Counted from the first letter of the stretch, positions 9,889 through 20,675 are shown. The stretch is DNA of 64,000 nucleotides from an uncultured delta proteobacterium (GCA_963826785.1 CAWGYD010000006.1:640001-704000), one strand, 5' to 3'. The notes: generated by a model from the letters alone, not told the origin. Numbers and translations are program-made.

Positions 9889-10023
9889 TTACCGGGTATT
9901 CGCCATCCGGGTCAGCGCTGTCCCGCTGCCGGCATCGGCACGGCAATGGCGGTAGGGATGGCATGACATCAGGCTGAGAGTCAGCAGAATCGTGAGAAAC
10001 AAGAAGGCAGATCGTTTTTTCAT
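9889..10023 (-). CDS. Small putative lipoprotein (44 aa)
   Basis: GGAGG RBS; MKKRSAFLFLTILLTLSLMSC lipobox; not in ORF track. Confidence 0.5.
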   Translation of the reverse strand: MKKRSAFLFLTILLTLSLMSCHPYRHCRADAGSGTALTRMANTR

Positions 10024-10371
10024 TTTGACCTCCAATTTCGGGATAAATCGCTTATCCCATCCGTGATCCCCGACCGGCAGGGGCCTGTCAAATGGGGTTT
10101 TAAATCGCTTAACCCCCCCTCAAATCAAATATAACCGGAGATGGCCGGAAGCGCAAAGCGGTCCGGGCCCGCTTTTGGGCAAAGAAATCAAAAGCGGAAA
10201 AAATACATGATTTATATGCCCGAATACAGTCAATCCCCTATTTATCAAGAGATGTTTCATTCCTATCCTATATGTAACATCGCGGGTCGATATACAGGGA
10301 TCAGCTGATCATCGGCCTTGAGGCAAAAAAATTATGCGCTGGTCCAAATCGAACAGAAGGGAGGAATGATT

Positions 10372-10686
10372 ATGTGGAGAGCTTGGGTTAATTTCGTTGT
10401 CGGAATATGGGTTTTTATTTCGGCATTCTGGCTGGCCCTGGTGGCCCCCTGGAACTTTTTCATTTCCGGACTGATCATCGCCGTTTTCGGATTTACGGCC
10501 TACCGGTCTGAGTGGCAGGGATATATTAATGGCGTACTGGGGCTCTGGTTAATGGCATCCGCCTTTTTCGTCGGCTTGGCCGTTCCATGGAATATGCTGA
10601 TTACCGGCGCAATCGTTGCGGCACTGGCTTTCTGGCGGGCAATGGCCCCCGGGCCGATTCACCGGGAAGTGCCACACGCAAGATAA
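10372..10686 (+). CDS. SPW-repeat membrane protein
   Basis: Two repeats W(V/I)NxxxGxW...PWNxxIxG; GGAGG RBS 7 nt before ATG 10372. Confidence 0.75.
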   Translation: MWRAWVNFVVGIWVFISAFWLALVAPWNFFISGLIIAVFGFTAYRSEWQGYINGVLGLWLMASAFFVGLAVPWNMLITGAIVAALAFWRAMAPGPIHREVPHAR

Positions 10687-10704
10687 TTTAAATTAAATCG
10701 ATAC

Positions 10705-10744
10705 AAAAACGCAGAGAACCACAGGATGGTCTCTGCGTTTTTTT
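10705..10744 (+). terminator. Rho-independent terminator
   Basis: AAAAACGCAGAGA...TCTCTGCGTTTTTTT. Confidence 0.8.
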
Positions 10745-11132
10745 GTTCCCTGTCACTGTTTTTCCATATTCGCAGAAATCCTCTCGTGTCTTAAATTCCT
10801 CTATGAAATCATCATACTTCAATCGAACAGATTACATTTGCCCTATACCATATAGGCCTTTGGCAGAGTTCATCGGCTCTTGCGCAGGCCCTTCATGTCG
10901 GTTTTCCTTGACAGATAAAAAGGTGAAGGATAGAGATAGTTAAAATGCAGTTTTGATGAAACACCTTTTATCTCTTACGTATATCGAGGGTATCATCGAA
11001 CAGGCAATATCTAAATTACCTCTCGGACGCTTGTGTCCACTTCCCACTCATCATTTTCATTTGCTGTTCCCCGAAATCCCGTTTTATTCTTCCTTTTTAT
11101 TTTTATTACCAATCTCAATATCTTATTTCATT

Positions 11133-11160
11133 ATCATGTGATCATATGATATCATGTGAG
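11133..11160. promoter_or_regulatory. Triple palindromic operator-like site
   Basis: ATCATGTGAT / ATCATATGAT / ATCATGTGAG in tandem in the AT-rich region upstream of the OM-barrel operon. Confidence 0.5.
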
Positions 11161-11267
11161 TTCAAATGTAAATTTATAAAGAAAGGAGGTGATGGCCACG
11201 TCCTGAAAGGTCTGCGAAATCGAACGGCGGAAATACGGATTCTTTTCAATGAAAAAAAGGAGATATA

Positions 11268-12914
11268 TTGATGAAAGCCAAAATTTTCTGGGTATCGATA
11301 CTGTTATTGGGCTTTATACTGGCCGGGCCCGCGGGTGCGGCCACCGACCGGGGGGTTGAAATCACCAAGGATGTGCTTTCCGGACCGGGAAGCATCGGAA
11401 TTACCACCTACAAAGACATCCAGATGAGTTTCGGTGCCCGCGGCCGGATCATCCCGGTGAGCGAGTCCGACTTTGACTTCGGCATCCGCGAAAATCTGCA
11501 GGCGCCGTTGCTGGGCGGTGCCGTACCGGATAACTTTTTCACCTTTCATGTCAATGAGTCCGGCTGGATCAACAACAACTATATCCGCTCCGAAAACCAG
11601 CTGTATTTCAATGCGCTTCCCGACAACCGCGCCTGGAGTTTCTATGCGGCCCTGGAATTCGACCGGCCGCTGGAAACCACTTCCGTGGACGACCGGGGCG
11701 GAAAAGATTACAAGACCAGCAATTTCGGTATGGAGCGGCTGCACGGCACGTTCGCCCTTCCGCTGAATATGCGGCTGCATGGCGGCTTCGACATCTGGGG
11801 GATCGATATCATCGATGCGGCCGGGCTGGTTTACGGCGACGACAATCCCGGGTTCTGGCTGACCGGCGATTATGATACGGTGAGCTTCAATGTCGGATAT
11901 TTCAAGCTTTCCGAGAGCAATTTCCAGACGACCGAGACGCTGACCCAATTGGGCGGCAAGGACGATGACCGTGACCTCTATGCCGGCTATTTGACGTTCA
12001 AGCCGGCGGAAGGGCAGAAATTTCAGCCCTTCTATGCGTTTGACCGAATCCGGGATGTGAAAGTGGGCAGCTTCTCGAATTATTTTACGGGCCAAATGGG
12101 TGCGGTACCGGATACCAATGTCCACCATGCCGGCGCCTATTACACCGGAAGTTTCGGGGTCCTGGAACTTTTCCTCGAAGGTGTGTACGAATTCGGCCAG
12201 GCAGACGATACCGGTCTGGCACAGGATGATTTCGACATTTCCGCCTATGCCTTTTCCGGCGACATCGGCTTCAAACTCGATGACATGTTCGGCTTCGGGG
12301 TCAAGCCCCATATCGGCGCCATCTATACCTCCGGTGACGACGATCCCACCGATGATACGTTGGGCGGCTATACCGGCGTGGAAAATGCCCAGCGGTTCTC
12401 ACAGTATTTCGGCGGTGAAAACACCATCATCGGCGATACGAACCTGGTGCTGGGCAGCGTCCTGTATGGGTTCCTGCCGGAGCTCTACGGCAACGGCACA
12501 CCGGTTTTCACCGGCGGCCTGGAGAATTTTGCGGGACTGGGCAGCGGCCGCGGGGATAACCCCGGTCTGACCATGGCCAGTGCCGGCATTACCCTGACCC
12601 CGAAAAAGTTTCTCATTTTCCGTTCAAACGTGAATGCCTTCTGGTGGAACGAGGATTTTGCGGTGACCAGTTTTTCCAATCCGGCCGTCACCACCACTGT
12701 TCAAAACGGCTACACCGGGGCGGAATGGGACAATGAAATCACCCTCGCTACCAGCCCCAACAGCTTCATCAAGGGGCAGTTCGCCTTTTTCTTCCCCGGG
12801 GAGGTCATTGAAGACGTGAGCAGCGCCCTTACGGCCCTGGCACCGACCCTTCCGGGCGAAAAGAGCGATGAAACGGCCATGCGCCTGGGACTGGAATTCA
12901 TCTGGATGTTCTAA
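11268..12914 (+). CDS. Outer-membrane beta-barrel/porin (alginate-export-like)
   Basis: Signal peptide, alternating beta-strand pattern, YTSGDDDP motif, C-terminal LGLEFIWMF BAM-type signal. Confidence 0.7.
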   Translation: MMKAKIFWVSILLLGFILAGPAGAATDRGVEITKDVLSGPGSIGITTYKDIQMSFGARGRIIPVSESDFDFGIRENLQAPLLGGAVPDNFFTFHVNESGWINNNYIRSENQLYFNALPDNRAWSFYAALEFDRPLETTSVDDRGGKDYKTSNFGMERLHGTFALPLNMRLHGGFDIWGIDIIDAAGLVYGDDNPGFWLTGDYDTVSFNVGYFKLSESNFQTTETLTQLGGKDDDRDLYAGYLTFKPAEGQKFQPFYAFDRIRDVKVGSFSNYFTGQMGAVPDTNVHHAGAYYTGSFGVLELFLEGVYEFGQADDTGLAQDDFDISAYAFSGDIGFKLDDMFGFGVKPHIGAIYTSGDDDPTDDTLGGYTGVENAQRFSQYFGGENTIIGDTNLVLGSVLYGFLPELYGNGTPVFTGGLENFAGLGSGRGDNPGLTMASAGITLTPKKFLIFRSNVNAFWWNEDFAVTSFSNPAVTTTVQNGYTGAEWDNEITLATSPNSFIKGQFAFFFPGEVIEDVSSALTALAPTLPGEKSDETAMRLGLEFIWMF

Positions 12915-12939
12915 GGTCATTACCATAGATCAGCATGCG

Positions 12940-12978
12940 GTATGGCGGTCTCCGATTTTGAGGCCGCCATACTTTTTT
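12940..12978 (+). terminator. Intra-operon terminator/stabilising hairpin
   Basis: GTATGGCGGTCTC...GAGGCCGCCATAC then TTTTTT. Confidence 0.75.
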
Positions 12979-13017
12979 CAAGCGGCTTTCATACAATCAT
13001 AAGAAACAGGATCAAAA

Positions 13018-13989
13018 ATGTTTGGTAAAAATTTACGGCGGATAATGGCGATGGCGGCAATCTGCTGCCTGATGTCGGGATGCATGGGGTCCTGGCCGGA
13101 TGTGGTTTCCAAAGACCGGGCGCCGGGGGAAGAATATTCCAATGCCGAGGTCAGGCAGATGATCGTGGATCAGCCGCAAACGCTTTCCGGAGATTACTTC
13201 AGAAAGCGGGGGGCTGAAAATCTTTCTTCGGAAGAAAAAGAGCCGGCGGCACAAGGCCCGGCGCAGAGTGCGGATCAGCCCCATGATGCGTATGGGCTGA
13301 AGATCGGGATCATACCGGAGGAAAACCCCTATGACGCCATGGTCGCCGGGCAGTTCGCCACCGCAGCGCTTGCCGCTGCCGGCCCCGATATCATCCTTGT
13401 CGGACCAGACAGCATACAAGAGATCCTTGCAAATGCGAACTGTGCGGGCCGCGAGGACCTGTTCTGCATTGCCGGGCAGCTGTCCATTTATCCCGGCGTG
13501 CGCATGCTGATCATGTGCGACGCCGTTCATCTGCCCCAATCTTTTCCCGGGGTGGCCGCCCTTCGATGCAGTGTGGTGGACACCGGGCTCATCCATTCCT
13601 ATCCGGTGCAGGAGATGACCCTGACGGTTGAAAGCCGGGCGGATGCCGATGCCTTCCTGCAGCAGTCCCTTCAGCGGCTGTTTTCCTATGCGAAGGAGAA
13701 GGCCGTCATCATGCCCCGGCACTGCCGGGTCTTTTCGGTTAAGGATGAGAGGTGCTACATCGGCGCCGGTGCCGTGACCGGCCTGAAAACCGGCGATGTT
13801 TTCGATGTTTTTGCCGGCGGAGAAATGATCGCGTCGCCCACCGGGATTCCCGTGGGATGGATTCCCCGGGATAAAAGAGGAACGATTCGGGTAGAATCGC
13901 TCCTGGGCGAAGATTCGGCCGCATGCGAACCGGTGGACGGCACCATGCCGGCAGTGGGTGATTTTGTTATTTTGACCACAGGGCAATGA
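13018..13989 (+). CDS. Lipoprotein with FlgT-C-like C-terminal domain
   Basis: Lipobox MSGC; C-terminal YIGAG..TGLKTGD.FDV...I..PTG..VG...G.IRV. Confidence 0.55.
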   Translation: MFGKNLRRIMAMAAICCLMSGCMGSWPDVVSKDRAPGEEYSNAEVRQMIVDQPQTLSGDYFRKRGAENLSSEEKEPAAQGPAQSADQPHDAYGLKIGIIPEENPYDAMVAGQFATAALAAAGPDIILVGPDSIQEILANANCAGREDLFCIAGQLSIYPGVRMLIMCDAVHLPQSFPGVAALRCSVVDTGLIHSYPVQEMTLTVESRADADAFLQQSLQRLFSYAKEKAVIMPRHCRVFSVKDERCYIGAGAVTGLKTGDVFDVFAGGEMIASPTGIPVGWIPRDKRGTIRVESLLGEDSAACEPVDGTMPAVGDFVILTTGQ

Positions 13990-14046
13990 TCGATCCGGAT
14001 CGTCCGTTTTTCCCCATATTCCGAAAAACCCGAAAGGAGAAGACCC

Positions 14047-15558
14047 ATGAAGATGAACATTGGCGGTTTCCTGCACAAGCGCGCCCAGCTGACTCCGAGA
14101 AAAGAGGCGCTGGTCCAGGGAGATGTCCGGCTCACCTGGGATCAAATGAACCGGAAATGCAACCGTTTTGTCCATGCCATAACGGATCTCGGGATCGGAT
14201 ATGGAGACCGGGTGGCCATTCTGGCCTTGAATGAACCCGAATATTTTGACCTGTACTTCGGCCTGGGAAAAATCGGGGCCATCATGGTGCCCATCAACCA
14301 CCGGCTGGCCGGACCGGAGATCGAGTACATCGTCAAAGACTGCGGGGCCAAAGTGCTCGTCTTCGGTGCGGAATTTGCGCCGGTGGTCGATTCCATCCGG
14401 GAGAAAATTTCCTGCGAACACCTGATCGCGCTGATGGAGAATCCCCCCGCATTTGCCACGTCCTATCAGGAACTGACCCGCTCCACATCCGAAGCGGAGC
14501 CTGAAATCGTCTATGGAGACGACGATACACTGACCATCCTGTATACGTCCGGGACCACCGGCCGGCCTAAGGGCGCCGAACTGACTCACAACGGCTATTT
14601 CGGCACCTCGGTGACCCTGCGGTCCACCTTCGGCGACATCGGGGAGGTCCTTTTGATGCCCCTGCCGCTGTTTCATATCGGCGCCCTGGCGCCCGTGCCC
14701 ATGTGCGTGCATTTCGGCATGAAGATGGTGTTTCAGCGGGCATTTGATCCCAAGAATTTCCTGGAGCTTCTGGGACAGGAAAAAATCACCTGGTTCGGGT
14801 CCGTTCCCGCGATCCTCATGGTGCTGCGACAGATACCGGGATTTGAAAAATACGACTGGCGTTCGGTGAAGATGGCCCTGGTCTATGCGGCCCCGGTCCC
14901 GGTGACGCTGATCAAGGCATATGCCGAATCCGGCATCGAGGTGCGGCAGCTCTACGGGATGACCGAGTGCACGGGGCCGGCCACGGTCATCGACGGCGGA
15001 AACGCCATTCACAAAGCCGGCTCATGCGGGCTTCCCTTCTTTCACAACGAGATCCGCCTGGTGGACATGGAAGGAAAGGATGTCACCCGGCCCGATGAAC
15101 TGGGAGAAGTGCTGATCGCGGGCACCAACCTGATGAAAGGATACTGGAACCGCCCCGAAGCCACTGCCGATGCCATGAAGGACGGCTGGCTCTATTCGGG
15201 GGATATCGCAAAGATGGATGCAGACGGATTTCTGTACATCATGGACCGGAAAAAGGATTTGATCATTTCCGGCGGCGAAAACATCTACCCGGCCGAAGTC
15301 GAAGATGTGCTCCTGTCCAACCCCAAAATCGCCGATGTGGGCGTAATCGGGTTTCAGGATGAAAAATGGGGTGAATCCGTCCAGGCGGTGGTGGTTTTAA
15401 AGCAGGGCGAAAGCATGGACCCGGCGGAACTCATTGAATGGAGCCAGGGAAAAATCGGTAAGTTCAAGATTCCCAAGAAGGTGGTGTTTACGGATCAGAT
15501 CCCCCGCACCCCCACCGGCAAGATCCTCAAACGGGTGCTCAGAGACCAGTTCAGCTGA
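14047..15558 (+). CDS. Long-chain fatty acid/acyl-CoA ligase (AMP-binding)
   Basis: YTSGTTGRPKG, YGMTE, SGD, DRKKDLIISGGENIYPAEVE, PRTPTGKILK. Confidence 0.93.
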   Translation: MKMNIGGFLHKRAQLTPRKEALVQGDVRLTWDQMNRKCNRFVHAITDLGIGYGDRVAILALNEPEYFDLYFGLGKIGAIMVPINHRLAGPEIEYIVKDCGAKVLVFGAEFAPVVDSIREKISCEHLIALMENPPAFATSYQELTRSTSEAEPEIVYGDDDTLTILYTSGTTGRPKGAELTHNGYFGTSVTLRSTFGDIGEVLLMPLPLFHIGALAPVPMCVHFGMKMVFQRAFDPKNFLELLGQEKITWFGSVPAILMVLRQIPGFEKYDWRSVKMALVYAAPVPVTLIKAYAESGIEVRQLYGMTECTGPATVIDGGNAIHKAGSCGLPFFHNEIRLVDMEGKDVTRPDELGEVLIAGTNLMKGYWNRPEATADAMKDGWLYSGDIAKMDADGFLYIMDRKKDLIISGGENIYPAEVEDVLLSNPKIADVGVIGFQDEKWGESVQAVVVLKQGESMDPAELIEWSQGKIGKFKIPKKVVFTDQIPRTPTGKILKRVLRDQFS

Positions 15559-15592
15559 AAACAAACAGCGCCGCATGACCTTGTCAAATAGA

Positions 15593-15632
15593 AAAGCGAA
15601 GCGTCCTGAAAGTCAGGACGCTGCGCTTTTTT
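15593..15632. terminator. Bidirectional terminator
   Basis: AAAGCGAAGCGTCCTGA-AAG-TCAGGACGCTGCGCTTTTTT between convergent genes. Confidence 0.75.
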
Positions 15633-15638
15633 GCTGGC

Positions 15639-17172
15639 TCAAATATCATTTTCAAAATCAAGGTGCATGAGCAAATCCGATCTTCCCACCAGCTCCCGTA
15701 CGCTTCTCATGCCGAACCGTTTTAAGATGTCCACCAGGTCTTTGCGCCAGGCGCTGTAGAGATTGACCACCCGCTGGGTGGCCCATTCCAGGTGCATCTG
15801 GGTCACCAGTCCCGGATCGGTGGTGGCGATTCCCCGGGGGCAGCCGCGCCCGGCCGAGCAGCGGGAGCAGCGGATGCAGCCCAGCGCCACCATTTCGGCC
15901 GTTCCCACCACCACGCCGTCTGCGCCCAGGGCAATGGCCTTGGCGATATCATAGGCGGTGCGCACGCCGCCGCTGGCAATCAGGGCGACCTTGTCCCGTG
16001 GCCCCTTCGTCCACCAGGAACTTGTGAACCTTGGCCACGGCGTATTCGATGGGCATGGCGATATTTTTCTTGGCGATGTCCGGGGCGGCACCGGTGCCGC
16101 CGTAGCCGCCGTCCAGATGGATGATATGCGTGCCGGCGGAATAGCTGCCCACGGCCACCATGTCCACGTCGGTGGGCGTGGACACCTTGGTGGAGATCAG
16201 GGCGCGCCGGTTGATGTGCTTGATCCAGTCGATATGCTTCATGTGGTCTTCGATGGAATAGACGCTGTGGAACGGAAACGGTGAAAACAGCGAGATGCCC
16301 GACCACGGCCTCCCGGATCTTGGCCACGGCAGGCGTGTTCTTGTCGCCCAGCAGATGTCCGCCCAGCCCGGGTTTGGCGCCCTGGGCATACTTGAATTCC
16401 ACGATGGGCACCCGCTGGATGGTTTCCTCGCGCACGCCGAAAAGGCCGGTGGCGACCTGGGTGATCATGTGGTCGTCATAGGGCCGCATCCGCTCCATGT
16501 ACCCGCCCTCCCCGGAGCAGGAAAAGGTATTCCACGCGGCCGCCGCACGGGCTTTGGCCAGCTGGGTGACATTGCTCACCGACCCGAAGGACATGCCGCC
16601 GCCATACCAGGGCACATCGATTTGAATTTGGGGCCGCCCGTCTTCCCGGTGGTTCAGCAGAATGCAGGTGTCGATCTCGTCATCGTCGAGGTCCACGTGG
16701 CGGTTTTTCCGGAAATTTGAACCGGATGCCGGTCAAATCCGCCTCCGGACTTCCCCACCTGGTAATCGAGTTCGTATTCATTCGGGCGGCGGGTTGCCGG
16801 TTTCGGCCATTTTCCAGGTGGCCAGCAGCATGTCCGCCGGCCAGCGATAATCGCCCAGGGCATTGATCATGGGGTTTTCCACGAGCCTCAGGGCCTGTTG
16901 CGGGCAATTGGAGATGCAGAAATGATCCGTCTTTTCACAAGCCGCGCCGATGCACAGGTAGCTCTTGGGGCGTGGCGAAATATTTATAGCCCGTCTTTTA
17001 GCACATGAACATGGTGGGGGCACAGTTGTGCGCATTTGCCGCACCGGATGCATGCATCGCTTCGAAAGATGATGTATTTGGCGATTTCATTGCGATAGCG
17101 CGGACGGGGCCGGCGTGATCTCCCGGCTGACATCGACCTGCGGGCACACGGGTTTTGAGCGTGTTTTCCGGC
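15639..17172 (-). CDS. Glutamate synthase FMN-binding subunit (GltB2-type) with N-terminal ferredoxin; about 8 apparent +1 frameshifts, start uncertain
   Basis: Stitched frames: CIRCGKCAQLCP; GGGMSFGS; SGEGG; QVATGLFGV; KYAQGAKPGLGGHL; DGGYGGTGAAP; CIRCSRC..GRGCPRGIATTDP. Confidence 0.85.
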
Positions 17173-17181
17173 AGGATCTCC

Positions 17182-18610
17182 TTAAGCTCTTTTTCTTGAA
17201 CCGAAAAGCGTTCCAAAGATTTCCTCCTCAAGGTCTTCAAAAAACATGGCGCGGCCGACATCGCCCCGCAGGCGGCGGGCTTCCCGCATTCCCATGGCGC
17301 CCATCAATTCGATCAGCTGCAGGTGCCAGGCGGCAATCAGGTTCCGTGATGCGCCCGGTCGCCATAATCAAAATCCGATTTCTTCCAGCCGGGCGGGACA
17401 TATCACGCCGGGTGCGCAAGTGCCGCAGAGACGGCATTCCAGGGCGATCATAAAGGGCAGATAAGAAGATACCAGGTCGGCGCCGCAGAGCAGGGCCTTG
17501 GCCATGTGCTCCGGCAGTGCGATGCCGCTGCCGGCAATAAGCGTCACTTCGTCCCGCCTGCCCGCTTTGATCAGGGTCGTATGAATTTCGCGGATCATGT
17601 CCTTGATGAACCGGGGGCGCTTTGCGCCGATCTCATCCCCGTTGCAGTCCCCCGCCACATGGATCACTTCGGCCCCGGCGTCCGCCAGTTCAACGGCGCG
17701 ATCTGACCCCCTGCGCATCGAGTGCGACCCGCACCGAAACGATCATCCCGGGATGGGTCTTTTTCAGTGCCGCCATCTGCTCGAAAGTACATCCGCATGG
17801 TCCGGGTATTTCCACCAGCCGCGTTTTGCTAAGCACTTCTTCGGGCAGGTCCGGCGCATCCGGATTCAGGTGAAAGGCGATGTGGGGCAGATATTGATCC
17901 ATATCCGTCATCTGGAGATCTTTTCCGGCGATCGGCCATTTTCCCGAATCGATGATGGCGATCAGGTCGGTCTGCTTCACCGCTTCGATGATAAACGGCT
18001 CCAGCTGCGGCAGGGTGAATTCGGGCGGATTCATGTCGATGATCAGCGGCATGGGAATGTCGATGATGGCCGGCGGTTCCGCCACGTTTCGCCCCTCATC
18101 GAAATTGAGGTAGGACGGCTTTTTTCCGATATCCACCGAGGTGGAGATATATTCCCGCCCATGAATGCCGTCCCGGGTGGGCCGGACGATTTCGGACATG
18201 TCCGTCCACATGGCGTCAAATCCTTTGCCCGCGAATTTTCCCCGGTACCCCGCGCCGGAAACGGGTACGGATGCCGTTTCGGACTGCTGCCAGGTGCTGT
18301 GGATGATTTCCGGGGTCCAGTAATGGTTTCCCATCTGCTGGTATTCGGTGTTGATGGTCAGGCACAACAGGTTCTTGGTGCAGTTCTGCACACAGGAAAA
18401 ACAGCCCATGCACTCGAAAAACAGAAAATCCGTGAACTTGAGATTGCGGATGTACTCGGATTCCTGGCGGTGGCGGTCGTACACGCAGGCCTTCTTGACG
18501 CAGTTGTGGCACCGGGCGCAGTCTTCACGCCAGTCCACGATGCCGTGCTTTCCCACGCGGGGAAGCCGGGGCGGGACCGGGGTGGTCTTGATATGGTATT
18601 TTTCTGGCAT
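17182..18610 (-). CDS. Glutamate synthase-related protein (divergent FMN barrel plus 4Fe-4S); 2 frameshifts (~17700, ~17365)
   Basis: CARCHNCVKKAC and CMGCFSCVQNC; RRDEVTLIAGSGIA, AKALLCGAD, CRLCGTC, LMGAMGMREARRLRG; stop TAA 17182. Confidence 0.78.
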
Positions 18611-18627
18611 TGTTTTCCCTCGAAATC

Positions 18628-18661
18628 AAATCCCCCCTTGCCCCCCTTTTTACAAGGGGGG
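18628..18661. repeat. C/G-tract palindromic REP-like repeat, type A
   Basis: AAATCCCCCCTTGCCCCCCTTTTTACAAGGGGGG; related to the units at 21168-21255. Confidence 0.7.
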
Positions 18662-18675
18662 TAAAGGCAAAAACC

Positions 18676-19587
18676 TTATGATAATCCCGCAGCCGAAAGG
18701 ATCTCCGGGACGCAACTCTCCCTGCCGCCGGAAAGGATATGGATGCCGCGCACCCCGTCCATCCCCTTGATCTTTTTGATCGTCTCGATGCAGATGGCCA
18801 TCCCCTCTCTGTTTTGCGATGCTTCATCGCCTGCGGCCGCCAGCCGTTCGATGACGGCATCGGGAATGGATACATCCGTATACTTTTTGCTCAGGCGCTT
18901 GGCTTCATCCGCGCCGGAAAGCGGCATGACGCCCGCGATGATGGCGGCCTTTTCCGTAATTCCCTGGCTGCGGGCTTCTTTCAGCCAGTCGGAAAAAGTG
19001 TCCGTGTCGAACACGGCCTGGGTCTGGATGAACCGGGCGCCGGCGGCCACTTTTTTGGAAAGGCGCAGGATATTGAGCGCAAGCGGTTTCATGTCCGGGC
19101 CGGCCGCCGCGCCGATGAGCATGGAAAACGGCCCCTTGATGGTGCTCCCGTCCAGGAGAAGCCCTTCTTCGCACATCTTTTTCACCGCGGCAATCAGCTG
19201 GATCGAGTCGATGTCATAGACACTGGCGGACTGGCGGCTTTCCGTGAGCGACGGGTGATGCCCGGAAAGGCACAACAGGTTTTTAATCCCTAAAGCCGCT
19301 GCGCCCAGAAGATCCGACTGGAGCGCAATCCGGTTCCGGTCCCGGGTGACCATCTGGTAGACCGGCGCCACACCGCTTCTGCCCAGGATCACGGCGCCGG
19401 CAAGGCTGGACATGATGGGACCGTGGGGATTGTCCGCGACATTGACGGCCGCCAGGCCGTTTTTAAAAAATCCGGCACACGTTTCGATCGCCTTCTCCTC
19501 TCCGCCTGCGGGCGGGAGCAGTTCAGCCGTCACGATAAACTCGCCGTTGTGGATCTTGTCTGCCAGATTGCCGTTTTCTCGGGTCAT
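18676..19587 (-). CDS. metF: Methylenetetrahydrofolate reductase
   Basis: FIVTAELLPP, NVADNP, TRDRNRIALQSDLLGA, GARFIQTQAVFD, GVRGIHI. Confidence 0.9.
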   Translation of the reverse strand: MTRENGNLADKIHNGEFIVTAELLPPAGGEEKAIETCAGFFKNGLAAVNVADNPHGPIMSSLAGAVILGRSGVAPVYQMVTRDRNRIALQSDLLGAAALGIKNLLCLSGHHPSLTESRQSASVYDIDSIQLIAAVKKMCEEGLLLDGSTIKGPFSMLIGAAAGPDMKPLALNILRLSKKVAAGARFIQTQAVFDTDTFSDWLKEARSQGITEKAAIIAGVMPLSGADEAKRLSKKYTDVSIPDAVIERLAAAGDEASQNREGMAICIETIKKIKGMDGVRGIHILSGGRESCVPEILSAAGLS

Positions 19588-19595
19588 ATGATCTC

Positions 19596-19988
19596 CTATT
19601 GCTGATTCCCTATCGATTCGCGCAATGCGTTTATTTCTTTAATCACCTGTGGGATGCCGTCCTTGCTTGTTTTCCGGACCACCCGGATGCGCCCCCGGTC
19701 CAGGCCCGATTCCGCAAGAAGGGCATCCACGGCGTCGGCGCGTTTTTGCGCGCGGAGGTTGCCTTCGAGAAATTTGCAGTCCCCATCCCCGCAGGTGACC
19801 AGCATCACGGCGTCGGCGCCCTTTTCAAAGGCCTTGAGCAGATACAGCAGGTTCACTTTTCCGGAGCAGGGAAGGCTGACGATGGTTAATTCGCATTTTC
19901 CCGATTCGAAGCTTTGTCTGAGCGCATTTGCATCCAGGCTGTTTGCGCAGTAGAACAGGGATAATTGCAGTGGCTTGTCATTCATCAT
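19596..19988 (-). CDS. mvhD: Second MvhD/FlpD-type [2Fe-2S] subunit (no Sec)
   Basis: FYCANS, LPCSGKV, AFEKGADAVMLVTCGDGDCKFLEGN. Confidence 0.8.
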   Translation of the reverse strand: MMNDKPLQLSLFYCANSLDANALRQSFESGKCELTIVSLPCSGKVNLLYLLKAFEKGADAVMLVTCGDGDCKFLEGNLRAQKRADAVDALLAESGLDRGRIRVVRKTSKDGIPQVIKEINALRESIGNQQ

Positions 19989-20006
19989 GGATATCCCGGG
20001 CAATGG

Positions 20007-20675
20007 CTAAATTTTGTGGTCTTCACGGACAATCTCCGCGGCATCCGCCGGAAAGGCTCGGCTCCCAGTTTTTGGGCGGCTCGATGGCGTTTAGCCGGTC
20101 CAACTGCCCGATATTTTTCAGGCGCTGGTAGATCAGCTGCCAGGCGCAGGGCCGGTCCGGGCGCACTTCGCAGCGGTCTTCGCGTGATCCGCCGCAGGGG
20201 CCGTTGAGCATGTGTTTGGCACACCGGGTGACCGGGCAGATCCCCCCGAACTGGTGCAGGACGCAGTCGCCGCAGGCCGCGCATTTCTCGGTCCACACGC
20301 CCCTTTCTTCCAGGATGCCCAGAAAGGCGGTATTGAGCCCCGCATAAACGGGCTTGTCGGCAAAACGCTCGGCAATGGCCTGGACACCGGCGCCGCATCC
20401 CAGGGAAAGCACGGCCTCGTTTCGCCCGATGGCCTCGGCCGCCGCTTCGATAAAGACATTGTCGCACTGGCGCTCGATGGTGAGCTCTTCCACTGAAAGG
20501 CCCAGGTCTTCACCGTGGAGGCGATCCGCAGGGCCGAGGAGATGATGGACACCTCGCGCTCTCCGCCGGCCAGGCAGACGGTCACGCACGTACCGCACCC
20601 CAGTACCAGTATTTTTTTATACCCCTGAAGGATTTCGACCAGCTCGGGGATGGATTTTCTTTCCGCTACGATCAT
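20007..20675 (-). CDS. metV: MetV, MTHFR small Fe-S subunit; frameshifts ~20510 and ~20035
   Basis: [63 protein letters not shown]. Confidence 0.88.

Noticed and set aside
13033..15012. 659-aa minus-strand ORF
   Set aside because: Antisense shadow of the lipoprotein and acyl-CoA ligase genes
16778..16780. TGA in the GltB2 gene as Sec
   Set aside because: Not at a Cys position; a +1 shift just upstream restores the protein
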